From Ascoidea asiatica JCM 7603 (taxonomy: Eukaryota; Fungi; Ascomycota): a DNA stretch of 64,000 bases. Location of the stretch: assembly GCA_001600695.1 (NCBI GenBank), contig BCKQ01000002.1, positions 703,184 to 767,183 on the forward strand, written 5' to 3'. Within the stretch, counting starts at the first letter, position 1. Each line of letters starts with the position of its first letter. The notes below the pieces were generated by a model. The model worked only from the letters and a program-made list of their open reading frames with translations. It did not search any database and was not told where the DNA came from. Shown one piece after another: positions 24,825 through 36,488 of the stretch. The translations under genes and the position numbers were made by a program.

Positions 24825-26162
24825 ATGGCTGAAATTATTGCAAGAGATGCTCATCTTGCTTCCACTATACTTAAAACTTTATCAACTAATGAAAGAAATG
24901 ATGCATTAATAAAAATTTATAATGGTTTAAAAGAAAATAAAGAAGAAATTTTATCTGCAAATAAAATTGATTTAGATTTAGCATATGAAAAGAATTTGTC
25001 ATCATCAATTATAAAAAGATTAGATTTATCAAATTCTGATAAATTTAATTCAATGTTGCAAGGTATTAAAGATGTTAAATCTTTAGAAGATCCAATTGGT
25101 AAAATTTTATTAGCAAAAAAATTAGATAATGATTTAAATTTATATAAAATTTCATCACCAATTGGAGTTTTATTAATAATTTTTGAGTCAAGACCTGAAG
25201 TAATTGCAAATATTACTGCTTTAGCTATAAAATCTGGTAATTCTGCAATTTTAAAAGGTGGTAAAGAATCTTTAAATACTTTTAAAATTATGTCAAAAAT
25301 TATAAATAATATTTTAGATAATGAAACAAATTTACCAAAAAATTCAATTCAATTAATTTCTGAAAGATCACAAGTTTCTGAATTATTAAATCAAGATAAA
25401 TATATTGATTTAGTTATTCCAAGAGGTTCAAATGATTTAGTTAGATATATTAAATCAAATACAAAAATTTCTGTTTTAGGACATTCTGATGGAATTTGTT
25501 CAATTTATATTGATAATTTTATAAATATTGAAAAAACTTTAAAAATTATTATTGATTCAAAAACTAATTATCCTGCAGGTTGTAATGCTGTTGAAACTTT
25601 ATTAATCAATAAAAATTTAGATAAAAATTTAATTTTTGAAATTTTGAATAATTTAATTAAAAATAATGTTAAAATTCATTTACATTCAAATTTAATTAGT
25701 TATATTAATGAAAATGAAATTATATTAGATAAAAATTTTATAATTCCTGCAATTGAAGAAGATTTTAATAAAGAATTTTTATCACTTGAAATTGCAATAA
25801 AATTAGTTGATTCTGTTGATGAAGCAATTAATCATATCAATACACATTCTTCAAAACATACAGATGCTATAATAACTGAAAATGAATTAATTGCAAAAAA
25901 ATTCTTAAATGCTATTGATTCTGCTGGGGTTTATTGGAATTGTAGTACAAGATTTGCTGATGGTTATAGATATGGTTTTGGAACTGAAGTTGGAATTTCA
26001 ACAAGTAAACTTCATGCAAGAGGTCCAGTTGGTTTAGATGGTTTAGTATGTTATCAATATCAACTTAGAGGTAATGGTCATATAGCTGGTGATTATGTTG
26101 GTGCTGGAGGTTCAAAACAATTCATTCATCAAAATATTGATATAAATTCAGTAGTTTTATAG
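24825..26162 (+). CDS. PRO2: Gamma-glutamyl phosphate reductase
   Basis: IIFESRP, KSGNSAILKGGKE, GCNAVETLL, STRFADG and HARGPVGL. Confidence 0.96.
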   Translation: MAEIIARDAHLASTILKTLSTNERNDALIKIYNGLKENKEEILSANKIDLDLAYEKNLSSSIIKRLDLSNSDKFNSMLQGIKDVKSLEDPIGKILLAKKLDNDLNLYKISSPIGVLLIIFESRPEVIANITALAIKSGNSAILKGGKESLNTFKIMSKIINNILDNETNLPKNSIQLISERSQVSELLNQDKYIDLVIPRGSNDLVRYIKSNTKISVLGHSDGICSIYIDNFINIEKTLKIIIDSKTNYPAGCNAVETLLINKNLDKNLIFEILNNLIKNNVKIHLHSNLISYINENEIILDKNFIIPAIEEDFNKEFLSLEIAIKLVDSVDEAINHINTHSSKHTDAIITENELIAKKFLNAIDSAGVYWNCSTRFADGYRYGFGTEVGISTSKLHARGPVGLDGLVCYQYQLRGNGHIAGDYVGAGGSKQFIHQNIDINSVVL

Positions 26163-26575
26163 TTGTTTCTTTAACACAAATAATAAATACACAAATTCAA
26201 AATTGTAAATTTTCAATTCTCTTACCATAAAAGTATTGATACCATTTTATCAATTAGCATATGTCAACCTGAAATACCGGAACCAAATTTCACGGTTCGA
26301 ATCTGTTCGCAGGCCACTGCCAACCATTTTATTTGTTAATATTTGCAAGATTCCAGTGCATTTCAGATCATTTCTCCCCTTCCTTGCCACAGCAAAACCT
26401 AACGTTAGTTACAACAGTAATAATAATAACTATAAATATAATAACAATAAATAACACTCTTGATTCAGTTAAAAGATCAAGTAAATATATATTAAATAAT
26501 CATTAGAATAATTATGATAAATATATAAGCTTATTTATTCAAATGTATTTATAATCATATAATAATCATTAAATA

Positions 26576-28408
26576 ATGATTGATCCTAGAGTTAGATTAA
26601 GAAATGCAATAATTACTGGAAGTTTTGTAATTGTTAAAAGATTATTAAGAAGATTTCCAGAATTATTAGAAAATAGAGATCCCAAAAATGGTTGGTCTTC
26701 ATTACATTATTCAAGTTATTTTGGTCATTTACAAATTTCTTCATATTTAATTAATTTAGGTCATGATAAAAATGAAATTTCAATAACTTTTAAAAATAAT
26801 ACTTGTATTCATTTAGCTACAATTAATAATCAATTTCAATCTTTAAATTTATTATTAAAATTTTTTCCAAATTATATTAATATTAAAGGTGATGATTTAC
26901 AAACTCCATTACATTTTTCTGCAAAATTTAATTCAATTGATTGTTTAAAAATTTTATTAGCTAATAATGCAAATGTTAATGCTTTAGATATTAATGGTAA
27001 TACTGCTTTACATCTTGCTTCAAAATTTGGTAATAAAAAGATAATTAAACTATTAATGATTAGTTCTTCAGATTTAGATATGAAAAATATAAATGATTGG
27101 TTACCAATTCAATTATCTTGTTCTGAATCTGTTAAAAGTTATATAAAAAAAATAGATAATGAAATTCAACAAAAAATTATTCCGATTAACAGACAATCAA
27201 ATATAACAATCAATAACAATAACATTAATAATAATAACATTAATAATAATAATAATATTATTATGAACAACAACAACAATAATAATAATATAAGATATTC
27301 TGGTAATTATTCTACAACATATACTCCAAGTTTAGTTTCAACTGTAAGTTTTCAACCTTATAATTCAATTAAAACAAATTCAATAAATTCAATATCTCCT
27401 TCAAGAAATAGATCTAATACAACAAGTACGAAAAGTAAATCTCCAATTTCTTATACAACTTCAAATAATTCAAGACATAATTCAACAACTTTCCCACTTT
27501 TACCTTCAATTGTATCTGCAAAATCTTTAAGATCAAAAAGTAGTTCAATATCTGAAGAATCTGCTGAATATGATAATAATTATAATGATAATGGTGTGAA
27601 TAATAATTATGATGGCAGAATTTTATCAACTCAATTAGAAAGTCAAGAAGATATACTTTCAAGAAAACCTTCAATTCCAGATTTCATAAATCATTCTTCT
27701 CCTTCAACTCCAATTCAAAAACCAGCATCTTTTATAAATGATAATATTAATAATTCTAATTCTTTATCTCCAATATCAAATCAATATATAAAACCTATAC
27801 ATGATAGAAGAAATAAACTTTCTAATGATGATATAAACAATAAAAGCAAAAGTAAAAATAAAGAAAAAATTAAAATTAGAAAAACTAGTGTAAGTGAAAG
27901 TAATGATGAAAAAACTGTTAGAAGTTTTAGATCCAATTCAAATTTAAAATCAAATGTAAATGGTAATGGTCGTTCAAGATCTTCTTCAATCGTTTCAAAT
28001 GTTTTTAGAAATCATTCTAATTCATTAAGCTCTTTCTTCTCATTTCATAATAATAATAGTAATAATAATAACCAAAATAATTCAAATAATCATTTATCAA
28101 TAAATAAAACAGAATCATCAAATTTATCTGCTAAAAATTCTCCTCAAAAATCAGTTCATATTTCAAAAAGTGCAGCATCCATTAAAAATAATATACAAAC
28201 TAATCCTAATAATGATAACATAAAATATAATCAAATCAATGAACATTTACCTTTAAATAATTCTTCAAATAACTTAGTTCCTTGGAATAAATCTCCAAGT
28301 AAATTTTTTTCAAAAAAAAATGATAATAATAAAAAAAATGACAATTTGGGAATATTATCCGTTCCAATTACAAATTTATATAAAGATAAAAAGACTTCAA
28401 AAGATTGA
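26576..28408 (+). CDS. AVO2: TORC2 ankyrin-repeat subunit Avo2
   Basis: RLRNAII.G...IVKRLLRRFP.LLEN.D..NGWSSLHY; ankyrin repeats followed by a long S/N-rich tail. Confidence 0.88.
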   Translation: MIDPRVRLRNAIITGSFVIVKRLLRRFPELLENRDPKNGWSSLHYSSYFGHLQISSYLINLGHDKNEISITFKNNTCIHLATINNQFQSLNLLLKFFPNYINIKGDDLQTPLHFSAKFNSIDCLKILLANNANVNALDINGNTALHLASKFGNKKIIKLLMISSSDLDMKNINDWLPIQLSCSESVKSYIKKIDNEIQQKIIPINRQSNITINNNNINNNNINNNNNIIMNNNNNNNNIRYSGNYSTTYTPSLVSTVSFQPYNSIKTNSINSISPSRNRSNTTSTKSKSPISYTTSNNSRHNSTTFPLLPSIVSAKSLRSKSSSISEESAEYDNNYNDNGVNNNYDGRILSTQLESQEDILSRKPSIPDFINHSSPSTPIQKPASFINDNINNSNSLSPISNQYIKPIHDRRNKLSNDDINNKSKSKNKEKIKIRKTSVSESNDEKTVRSFRSNSNLKSNVNGNGRSRSSSIVSNVFRNHSNSLSSFFSFHNNNSNNNNQNNSNNHLSINKTESSNLSAKNSPQKSVHISKSAASIKNNIQTNPNNDNIKYNQINEHLPLNNSSNNLVPWNKSPSKFFSKKNDNNKKNDNLGILSVPITNLYKDKKTSKD

Positions 28409-28658
28409 AAAATATTTCAATCAAAAGTCTGAAAAAAAACTTTTATTTTTTTTTTATATTATATTATATTAACCTGTATTATTATAGTCAGTCATAAACA
28501 ATTTCTTTTTTATTTATTTTTCAAACTTTTAACGATCTCTTAACAAATCAATCTTTCATCATTTTTATTTAAATCTTTATAGTTACTCCTAATAAAATTA
28601 ATTTTAGTAACTTTTACAACAATAATCATTTTTGATTGATATTCATCAGTTTTACACT

Positions 28659-28696
28659 ACGCGTAATTATCAGTAAATTTGATTTAATTTTCGCGT
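28659..28696. promoter_or_regulatory. MCB (G1/S) elements upstream of DPB2
   Basis: ACGCGT at 28659-28664 and TCGCGT at 28691-28696 in otherwise CpG-poor DNA. Confidence 0.7.
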
Positions 28697-28902
28697 CTTA
28701 AAACCTAAAACATGATTTACATCCCCCATCCATACTCGTGGCTTTACTTTCATTTGGCTGAGTTTTAAAATTTCATTGAATATTTAAAGCTTTTCAACTA
28801 TTCTGGAAGATGATCAAAAACATCAAAATATTAAAAGAAGTATAATTTTTTTGAAATAATATGCAAAATCTTTTTAATTACTCTTAAGAAAGATCATATT
28901 CA

Positions 28903-31491
28903 ATGGTTTTACATAAAGATTTCAATTCTGGTGCTCGTCCCATACCGTTACCTGTGAAATTAAAAACATCTAATCTTAGACCTTTGGCTTATAGAATATT
29001 ATCAAAAAAACATGGTTTGAATATTAAATCATCAGCATTAGAAGTATTAACAGATTATATTGGATCAAATTTTGGATCTCAGTGGAAATCAACAAAAGCT
29101 CAGTTATTTATTGAAGATGTGGCAAAATTCTGGAAATTAAAGTTTCAATCCAATACCAATCTATTCATTGATGGTGAAAATTTAAAAATAGTTATAAATG
29201 AAATGAATCAAAAAGATGATGAAAGTTCAAATTCTAATAATAACAATAACAATAACAATAATTCTAAAATTCAAGCTCCTAGAAAATTGGATAATTTTTT
29301 AAATAATGAGATAAGGAACAAAAACCTTAGATCAGATACCATTGTAGACCTAAGTCTAATTTCAGATGCCAATTCTAAAGCTTTAGGCACTCAAGAAAGT
29401 TCACATTTAACCCAATCAGATAAACTAGAAAAAAATTTACAAATTAATTGGGAAGATTTTTTCAAGATATTGGACTGTTATGAACAACCTATTTACAAAT
29501 ATAATCATTCTCGAAAACAATTTGAACTTTCATATCCTGCTAATTCATTATTATCAATAAATTCTGGGGTTCCAAATATAATTGCTAATTTACCTTCGGC
29601 TGAAGACAATATTTCTTTATATTTAAATCGATATTTTTTGCTTCATGACAGATTATTAAGAAGTGATAATTTCACACCACCTAAATTAAGCTCTTTTTCT
29701 TCTTTATATTTTTCTCAAAATTTTCAATATTTCAATGAAAATACTGAAAATTCTGATTCTTTTATTTTACCTGAAAGTGAAAATCTGAATGAATCATTAA
29801 ATTTGACAGAAAAAAATCAAAAGAATTTAAAATCAATAACCTTAATAAAAAATTTACTTGGTAGACATGGTGAAACTTTCATTATTTTTGGTATGTTTTC
29901 CAAGAATCAAAAAGGAAATTATCAAGTAAATGATTCTTCTGGTAATATAGAATTAGATTTCAGAGATGCGCTAGCCATAAACGATTGTTTTTATTTTGAA
30001 GGTTGCCAATTAATATGTAAAGGAATTTACCTTCATTTTGGAAATGCTTCTCAATTTATTGTGAAATTGATTTATCATCCTAAACCTGAAAGAAGATTAT
30101 TAAGTTTGAGCACTTTTGGTAATATAGATTTTAATAATATTTATAATATAAATTCCAATAGAAATATTACTTCTTCAGTTTCAGATAATGAAATACCTAT
30201 TATGAACCCAACTTTGGTTCAAAAAATTCATGATTATGAAGTTTCTTTAAAGCAAAAATATGCTAATATAGTGACTCTAACTAATAATATATCAAATAGA
30301 AGATTAGATAATAATGATAAAAGTGATGAAACAAATAATAATAATGATAATGATGATGATAATAATGAAGATGAAGAAGGTTATAATCCAAAAACACTTA
30401 TAAATAACAATGTTAATTATAATAATCCTCTTCATAGAATTGTAATATTTGGATGTAATTGTTATTTAGATAATATAATTGTTTTAGGATCATTAAAGAG
30501 ATTATTTGATAAAATTTCAAAAGATTCAAATAATTTACCATTAGCCATAATTTTAACAGGATCTTTTATTTCAAAGGCTTTTCAAATAACATCATATTGT
30601 GAATCAGGCAGTGCATCTTCAACTGATTATAAATCATTATTTGATAGTTTTGCACAATTATTATCCAATTATCCATTAATTTGTTCTAGAGTTCATTTTA
30701 TAGTATGTGCTGGAGAAAATGATCCTTGGAATTCAGTAGTTTCTCAAGGTTCAAAATCTTTGTTGATGCCAATGAGTAGAATTCCTATGGTTTTTTTAAC
30801 AAGATTAAAAAGATTAATAAAAAATTTTAAAATTGTAACAAATCCATTTAAAATTTATTATTTAGGTCAAGAAATTGTATTTTTTAAAGATGATATTTAT
30901 GAAAGAATAAAAAGAAATGAAATTTTTTTTGGAAAAGAATTAAATCAATCAAAATCAAAAAAGAAAAATAAATCAAAATCTAATAGTATTAAGAATAAAA
31001 ATAAAAATAAGAAAAAAAAGGTAATAGATATTGAAAATGATAATGAAAATGAAATTATAGAAAATAATAGTGATTCAGATAGTGAAGCTGAAGATCAAAG
31101 TGTAGATAAAGCATCTTTCAATCAGTCTAATAAAAAAGAAATATATTTAGATGGACTTTTGAAGAAAAAACCAGAAGATATATCAAATTCAACATCATTT
31201 AAAGTTAATACGAATAAATTAGTTAAAACAATTATAAGTCAAGCACATTTATTACCATTTAGTAATCAAATAATGCCAATAAATTCTAAATTTGATCAAT
31301 TAATGACATTAATTCCATTACCAAATACATTAATATTAATGGATTCAAGTATTGATCATTTTGAAATTAATTATATGGGTACAAAAGTTTTAAATGTTGG
31401 AATATTTCTTGATGAAGTTAAACGTAAAGTTAATTATATTGAATATTATCCAGTTTTAAAAAAATGTGAATATCAAGAAATTTATTATTAA
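28903..31491 (+). CDS. DPB2: DNA polymerase epsilon subunit B
   Basis: LRPLAYRILSKKHGLNIKS, IKNLLGRHG, GENDPW and LVKTIISQAHLLPF. Confidence 0.93.
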   Translation: MVLHKDFNSGARPIPLPVKLKTSNLRPLAYRILSKKHGLNIKSSALEVLTDYIGSNFGSQWKSTKAQLFIEDVAKFWKLKFQSNTNLFIDGENLKIVINEMNQKDDESSNSNNNNNNNNNSKIQAPRKLDNFLNNEIRNKNLRSDTIVDLSLISDANSKALGTQESSHLTQSDKLEKNLQINWEDFFKILDCYEQPIYKYNHSRKQFELSYPANSLLSINSGVPNIIANLPSAEDNISLYLNRYFLLHDRLLRSDNFTPPKLSSFSSLYFSQNFQYFNENTENSDSFILPESENLNESLNLTEKNQKNLKSITLIKNLLGRHGETFIIFGMFSKNQKGNYQVNDSSGNIELDFRDALAINDCFYFEGCQLICKGIYLHFGNASQFIVKLIYHPKPERRLLSLSTFGNIDFNNIYNINSNRNITSSVSDNEIPIMNPTLVQKIHDYEVSLKQKYANIVTLTNNISNRRLDNNDKSDETNNNNDNDDDNNEDEEGYNPKTLINNNVNYNNPLHRIVIFGCNCYLDNIIVLGSLKRLFDKISKDSNNLPLAIILTGSFISKAFQITSYCESGSASSTDYKSLFDSFAQLLSNYPLICSRVHFIVCAGENDPWNSVVSQGSKSLLMPMSRIPMVFLTRLKRLIKNFKIVTNPFKIYYLGQEIVFFKDDIYERIKRNEIFFGKELNQSKSKKKNKSKSNSIKNKNKNKKKKVIDIENDNENEIIENNSDSDSEAEDQSVDKASFNQSNKKEIYLDGLLKKKPEDISNSTSFKVNTNKLVKTIISQAHLLPFSNQIMPINSKFDQLMTLIPLPNTLILMDSSIDHFEINYMGTKVLNVGIFLDEVKRKVNYIEYYPVLKKCEYQEIYY

Positions 31492-31893
31492 AAAAAGAAA
31501 GGATGTAATATTATTATTTAAATTATTTATTTATATTTATATTTAAAATTCAAAAAGGAAAGCGAAAATAGAGTCATAAAGTTTCAAAATTTAAGGTACT
31601 TCTCTTTTTTTTATTTTGTCTATAAGTAAAGATAAAAAAAAAGGAAGTAGATAATGTTAGTTAAAATTAAAATTTAAAAGTAAATTTGAAATGATTTTTC
31701 AATATAGAAATAGATATAAGTTTAAATTGAATTGAATTAGATAGAGTTTAATTTGCATGAAAAGAAGGGCATAAGATAAAATGTCATTCACGTATAGTGT
31801 TTATTTAAAAAGGTACAACAAAATAGTACTTTTTTAATATATATACAGTATATATTGTATTATACTGTATTATTGCATAATTTTAGGTTTGAT

Positions 31894-33063
31894 TTAGTTT
31901 TTTTTTTTTAATAAAAATTCTTCAGTACCATAAACTCTTGAATCATCTTTACCTTCAACAGCAGATCTTATTTTTTCCATTTTTTCAATTTGAGTTTCCC
32001 AAGTTTGTTTTTCTTTCTTTTTTGATTTATCAAATAATTCTTGATCTGGTTTTCTATATGAACCACCAATTCTATCCCATAAAGTTGTAAATTGACCATA
32101 ATTATAATTAAAATAAAGATGATGAACAGTATGACAAGCGGCACCATTAACAACAGGATCATTAGTTAAATATTCACCATCATGAATCATTACAGTCCAA
32201 AAATTAACAAAAGTGAATAAAATTAAATAAGAAATTTTATTTAAAGGAAATAAAGCAGGATAAACATGATATGGAACAGATTGAAAATAACCATCAAATG
32301 GATTAAAAGCATGAGAAGCATATGGAGTTGTAACAATCCATTTATGATGAGGTTTATGAAACATTTTATAAACTCTTGGCCAATGTAACCATCTATGAAT
32401 TAAATATATACCACAATCTGTAAACATTATGAAAGTGAAAAATTCTAAGAAAATTGCATACCAACCATGAGGCCAAGCACCAGAATTATCATTTACATTT
32501 AAATAAAGATTTGAATGACCATTAAGATCAAGCATAAACCAAGGTACAGTTAAAGAAACCATAATTGGAATTGCATTAACAGCTTGTTTAATTTCTAAAC
32601 TCATTTGATTTTTTAAATATCTTGGATGATTAAATATTGCTTTATCAAAAATATATTTATAAGAAAAAGTTGCACAAATAAAATATAAAATCCAACCAAA
32701 TATAGTCATAATTATAAATAAAGATATGAATTGTCTGAAAGAATTATTTCTTCTAAAAATTGAAGAATTTATATAATCATTTTCAGGAAAAAAAATTGGA
32801 AAATAACCATAAATATCTTTTTTTAATATATAATCTTTTGTTAAATTGATTAATTGATTTTTATCATCTAAATCTAAATTAAGTGAAGATTGTTGTTGTT
32901 GTTGATTAAATTGAAAAAAATCATTTATTGTTGAAGAATAATTACCAATTTTTAAATTTTTTGTTATTGAAATTGGTAAATGACAATTTAAAGAATTTGG
33001 GAAAAGTGTTGCATATACTTTATCAAAAATTGCATAATCGAAAAATTCTAAAACGATATCCAT
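31894..33063 (-). CDS. ERG3: C-5 sterol desaturase
   Basis: MDIVLE start; His boxes HRWLH, HKPHH and HTVHH; [11 protein letters not shown]. Confidence 0.96.
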   Translation of the reverse strand: MDIVLEFFDYAIFDKVYATLFPNSLNCHLPISITKNLKIGNYSSTINDFFQFNQQQQQSSLNLDLDDKNQLINLTKDYILKKDIYGYFPIFFPENDYINSSIFRRNNSFRQFISLFIIMTIFGWILYFICATFSYKYIFDKAIFNHPRYLKNQMSLEIKQAVNAIPIMVSLTVPWFMLDLNGHSNLYLNVNDNSGAWPHGWYAIFLEFFTFIMFTDCGIYLIHRWLHWPRVYKMFHKPHHKWIVTTPYASHAFNPFDGYFQSVPYHVYPALFPLNKISYLILFTFVNFWTVMIHDGEYLTNDPVVNGAACHTVHHLYFNYNYGQFTTLWDRIGGSYRKPDQELFDKSKKKEKQTWETQIEKMEKIRSAVEGKDDSRVYGTEEFLLKKKN

Positions 33064-34667
33064 TTTTTAATGTAATTTCTTGTCTTGATTTTATTTTTAG
33101 TTGTATCTATAGTTTCTTATGGCTAATAATAATGATATTAATAATATATTGATAATTGTTTGTTGAAATTTGAAAGGTTGATAAGTGGATAAATATATGG
33201 ATATATCAAATATCTATATAGATGTAAGGATATAAAGATATAAGGATATAAGGATATAAAGGATATAAGGATAAATGAATAATAAATAAAAGAATAAATG
33301 AAAAAGAAAATATATTTGAATAAAACAAGATGAAAAGAAGTTAATATATATCGAGTTAAAAGATATTGAAAAATTAAAAAATTTATAAAATGAAGAAACA
33401 AAAATCAGATATGATTATAAAAAATGCTTTAAAAGAAATAAAAAAAAGAAATACGTTAAAAACAATAATAAAAATAAGAAGAAGAAGAGTAATAATAATA
33501 ATATGATGAAAAATGTTTTAGTTCCTGTAACGAGATAAATACCAGCCGATATTTTTATCATAGCATTTATCTTACTATTGTTGTTGTTAGTAATTATGGA
33601 TCGAGATTATTCGTAGTGGTTGATTATCAGCAGCGTTGGCGGTGGTTTAGCGTGCTTTGGGCACCAAACAGGGACATAAATGGGCCAATTGCAGCACCGG
33701 CCACTCCCCAAGAGCACACACTCAGTTTATTCTCACCTGGGCTCCTCGTTCACCGTCGTTTGATCGTTTATCGATGCGAGCTCATCGCTTATCAGGCTTG
33801 GGGACAACCCACGCCAAACTCAGGTGTGTTGTTGAGAAAATGATGCGAATTTGTTTCCATAGCATCCGTCGTACTTTCGTATGGTCGTTTTAAAATGTTC
33901 ACGGAGGTACTAGGTGCGGAAGGAGCTGCATTTTGGGACGTCTAGCGAAACTTTAATGAACTAGTTTTAGAGGAATTACTTTTGGGAATTTCCAGATTAT
34001 TTCCCAGTGTTATTTTAGAGAATATTCAACGCACGATTTCCCGAATATTTGAAGAGCTGAAAAACGAAAAATCGATCGAGAACGGAACAGGTTGAAGTTC
34101 ATTTAATCGTCTTATGAAAATATCATTTAATTATTTTTATTCGAATCAACGGTGTATTTAATATTTCATTTAATTCTTGCCTTCATCATATGAGTTGGAA
34201 GATATTATTAATACAAGTTGTTATTAACTGGTGGGTTGTCATCTCAAATTATTGCTTATCGTAATTAATGGAAAGATTAAAAAAACATGAGAAGAATATC
34301 GTTTCTAGCACTGAAGTTACGGTGATTTGAATGGAGTTTTTCCGATTCACCTGCATGTATGAAGCCCTCTTTGTGGAAGTTCTTTATGAGAGTTTTAACC
34401 AAAAGCATTTTGATAACTGACTTACAGTCAGGTGCCTTTTAAACGTTGAATATTTTCTCACTACGGTAATATATTTTGTATCACATGACTTTGTGTCTGA
34501 AGCCAGTAATCAAGAATCAATCATTGATTTGAGTTATTTCACTTAAAGTCTTGCAATAATTGAAAAATAAATTACAGATCTTTCAATAAGTTGGAGAAGT
34601 TGAAGTTGATGGTCCAGAGAAAGCTTCATACTCTTATTTAGAATCCAAGATATTAAATTTATATAAA

Positions 34668-35335
34668 ATGTTTTTAACATCAAAGGTTACTCCAATAGCA
34701 GTAAGAATAGCTGAAAGAAAATCTATATTTTCATCCTTATTACAAACCGCTAATTTTCAAATTTTAACTAAAAAAAGTATGTCTTTTATAATTATTTACT
34801 TTTGATTATATAATAATTAATTAAGATTATTGAAACTAAAATACTAATTTTTTTATATTGATATTGAATTTTATTATTAAATTAAGGAAAAACTATAACT
34901 GTTTATAAACCATTACCTGAACAATTAAAACATAATTCAAATCAATTAATTAATGAAATTAAAGCTGCTCAATTAATAAAATATGATCCAACTGGCGATA
35001 GAAGAAAATTAATTAATCAAAAAAATCCAGAATGTTTAAGAAGTGGTGATGTAGTTAGAATTGTTTATAAAAATCCAATTTTAAATCCATCTTTTGTTGG
35101 TTATATTCTTGCAATTAATAGAAATGGTATTGATACTAATTTATTATTAAGAAATCAAATAACTAAAATTGGTGTAGAATTAAGAATTGATGTATTTTCT
35201 CCATTAATTGATAGAATTGATATAATAAGAAAACCTCATGAATATAAAAGTAGAAGAAAACATATGTATATCAGAGGTACTCGTCTTGATGTTCCTGATT
35301 TAGAAGCTTCCCTTAAAAAAAATCGTCGTCGTTGA
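34668..35335 (+). CDS. IMG1: Mitochondrial ribosomal protein bL19m, two exons (34668-34776, 34887-35335), 185 aa; absent from the ORF track
   Basis: Spliced product reads ...TKKRKTITVYKP...LRSGDVVRIVY...FVGYILAI...LLLRNQITK...YIRGTRLDVPDLEA. Lies next to BUD23, as in S. cerevisiae. Confidence 0.92.
34777..34886 (+). other. Spliceosomal intron of IMG1 (110 nt)
   Basis: GTATGT at 34777, branch TACTAAT at 34842-34848, AAG acceptor ending 34886; splicing restores the frame. Confidence 0.85.
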
Positions 35336-35681
35336 TATTTCCTCTATATTCTACTTAATCTGTATATAATGTTTTCAAGAATTCTCTATTTTTTTCTTCA
35401 TTAATGTAAATACAGCAACAGTACAGTGGTAAGTATTTCAATAATTTAAACAAAAAGTCACGTGATATTTCATTTTTTACTTTAAATTTTTTTATTTTTT
35501 TATTCTTTAATTTTTTTATCTTTAATCTTTTATCCACTATTTATGAATTTTTTAATTTGATGATTCTATTGGAATTTCACCCACTATCTATAAAACCCAA
35601 ACCCAGTTTTTCAACTTTAGTTCAATATAATTTATTATATATATATATATATATATTAGTACTTTAATAATATAATTCAAA

Positions 35682-36488
35682 ATGTCGAGACCTGAAGAAA
35701 TTGCACCAGCAGAATTTTTTTATAATGATACTGAATCTAAAAAATATACTTCAAATACTCGTATTCAACAAATTCAAGCTGAAATGACTTTTAGAGCTTT
35801 AGAATTAATTAGTTTATCTTCAAAAAATGATTTTATATTAGATATTGGTTGTGGTTCAGGTTTATCTGGTGAAATTTTAACTGAAGAAGGTTATAATTGG
35901 ATTGGTATGGATATTTCTCCAGATATGCTTTTAGTTGCTTTAGATAGAGATGTTGAAGGTGATTTATTATTAAGTGATATTGGTAATGGTATACCTTTTA
36001 GACCAGGTTCATTTGATGCTGCAATTTCAATTTCCGCAATTCAATGGTTATGTAATGCTGATACTTCAAATTCTGATCCAAAAAAAAGATTAGAAAGATT
36101 TTTTAATACTTTATATTCAAGTCTTAAAAGAGGTGGAAAATTTGTTGCTCAATTTTATCCAAAAAATGATAATCAAATTCAAATTATACAACATAGTGCA
36201 AGAGTTGCAGGTTTTGGTGGTGGTTTAGTTATTGATAATCCAGAAAGTAAAAAAAATAAAAAATATTATTTAGTTTTAACTGCAGGTGTTTCTCAAAATT
36301 CTGTTAATTTATCTGGTGTTGTAATGGATACTCCAACTATTAGAAATAAAATTGGTAAAAAGAGACAAAGACAATTAGAAACTAGTAAAGAATATATTAA
36401 AAGAAAGAAAGATTTAATGACTAAAAGAGGTAAAAAAGTTGCAAGAGAATCAAAATTTACTGGAAGAAAAAGACGTCCAAGATTTTAA
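35682..36488 (+). CDS. BUD23: 18S rRNA m7G methyltransferase
   Basis: MSRPEEIAP, LDIGCGSGLSG and C-terminal FTGRKRRPRF. Confidence 0.97.
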   Translation: MSRPEEIAPAEFFYNDTESKKYTSNTRIQQIQAEMTFRALELISLSSKNDFILDIGCGSGLSGEILTEEGYNWIGMDISPDMLLVALDRDVEGDLLLSDIGNGIPFRPGSFDAAISISAIQWLCNADTSNSDPKKRLERFFNTLYSSLKRGGKFVAQFYPKNDNQIQIIQHSARVAGFGGGLVIDNPESKKNKKYYLVLTAGVSQNSVNLSGVVMDTPTIRNKIGKKRQRQLETSKEYIKRKKDLMTKRGKKVARESKFTGRKRRPRF

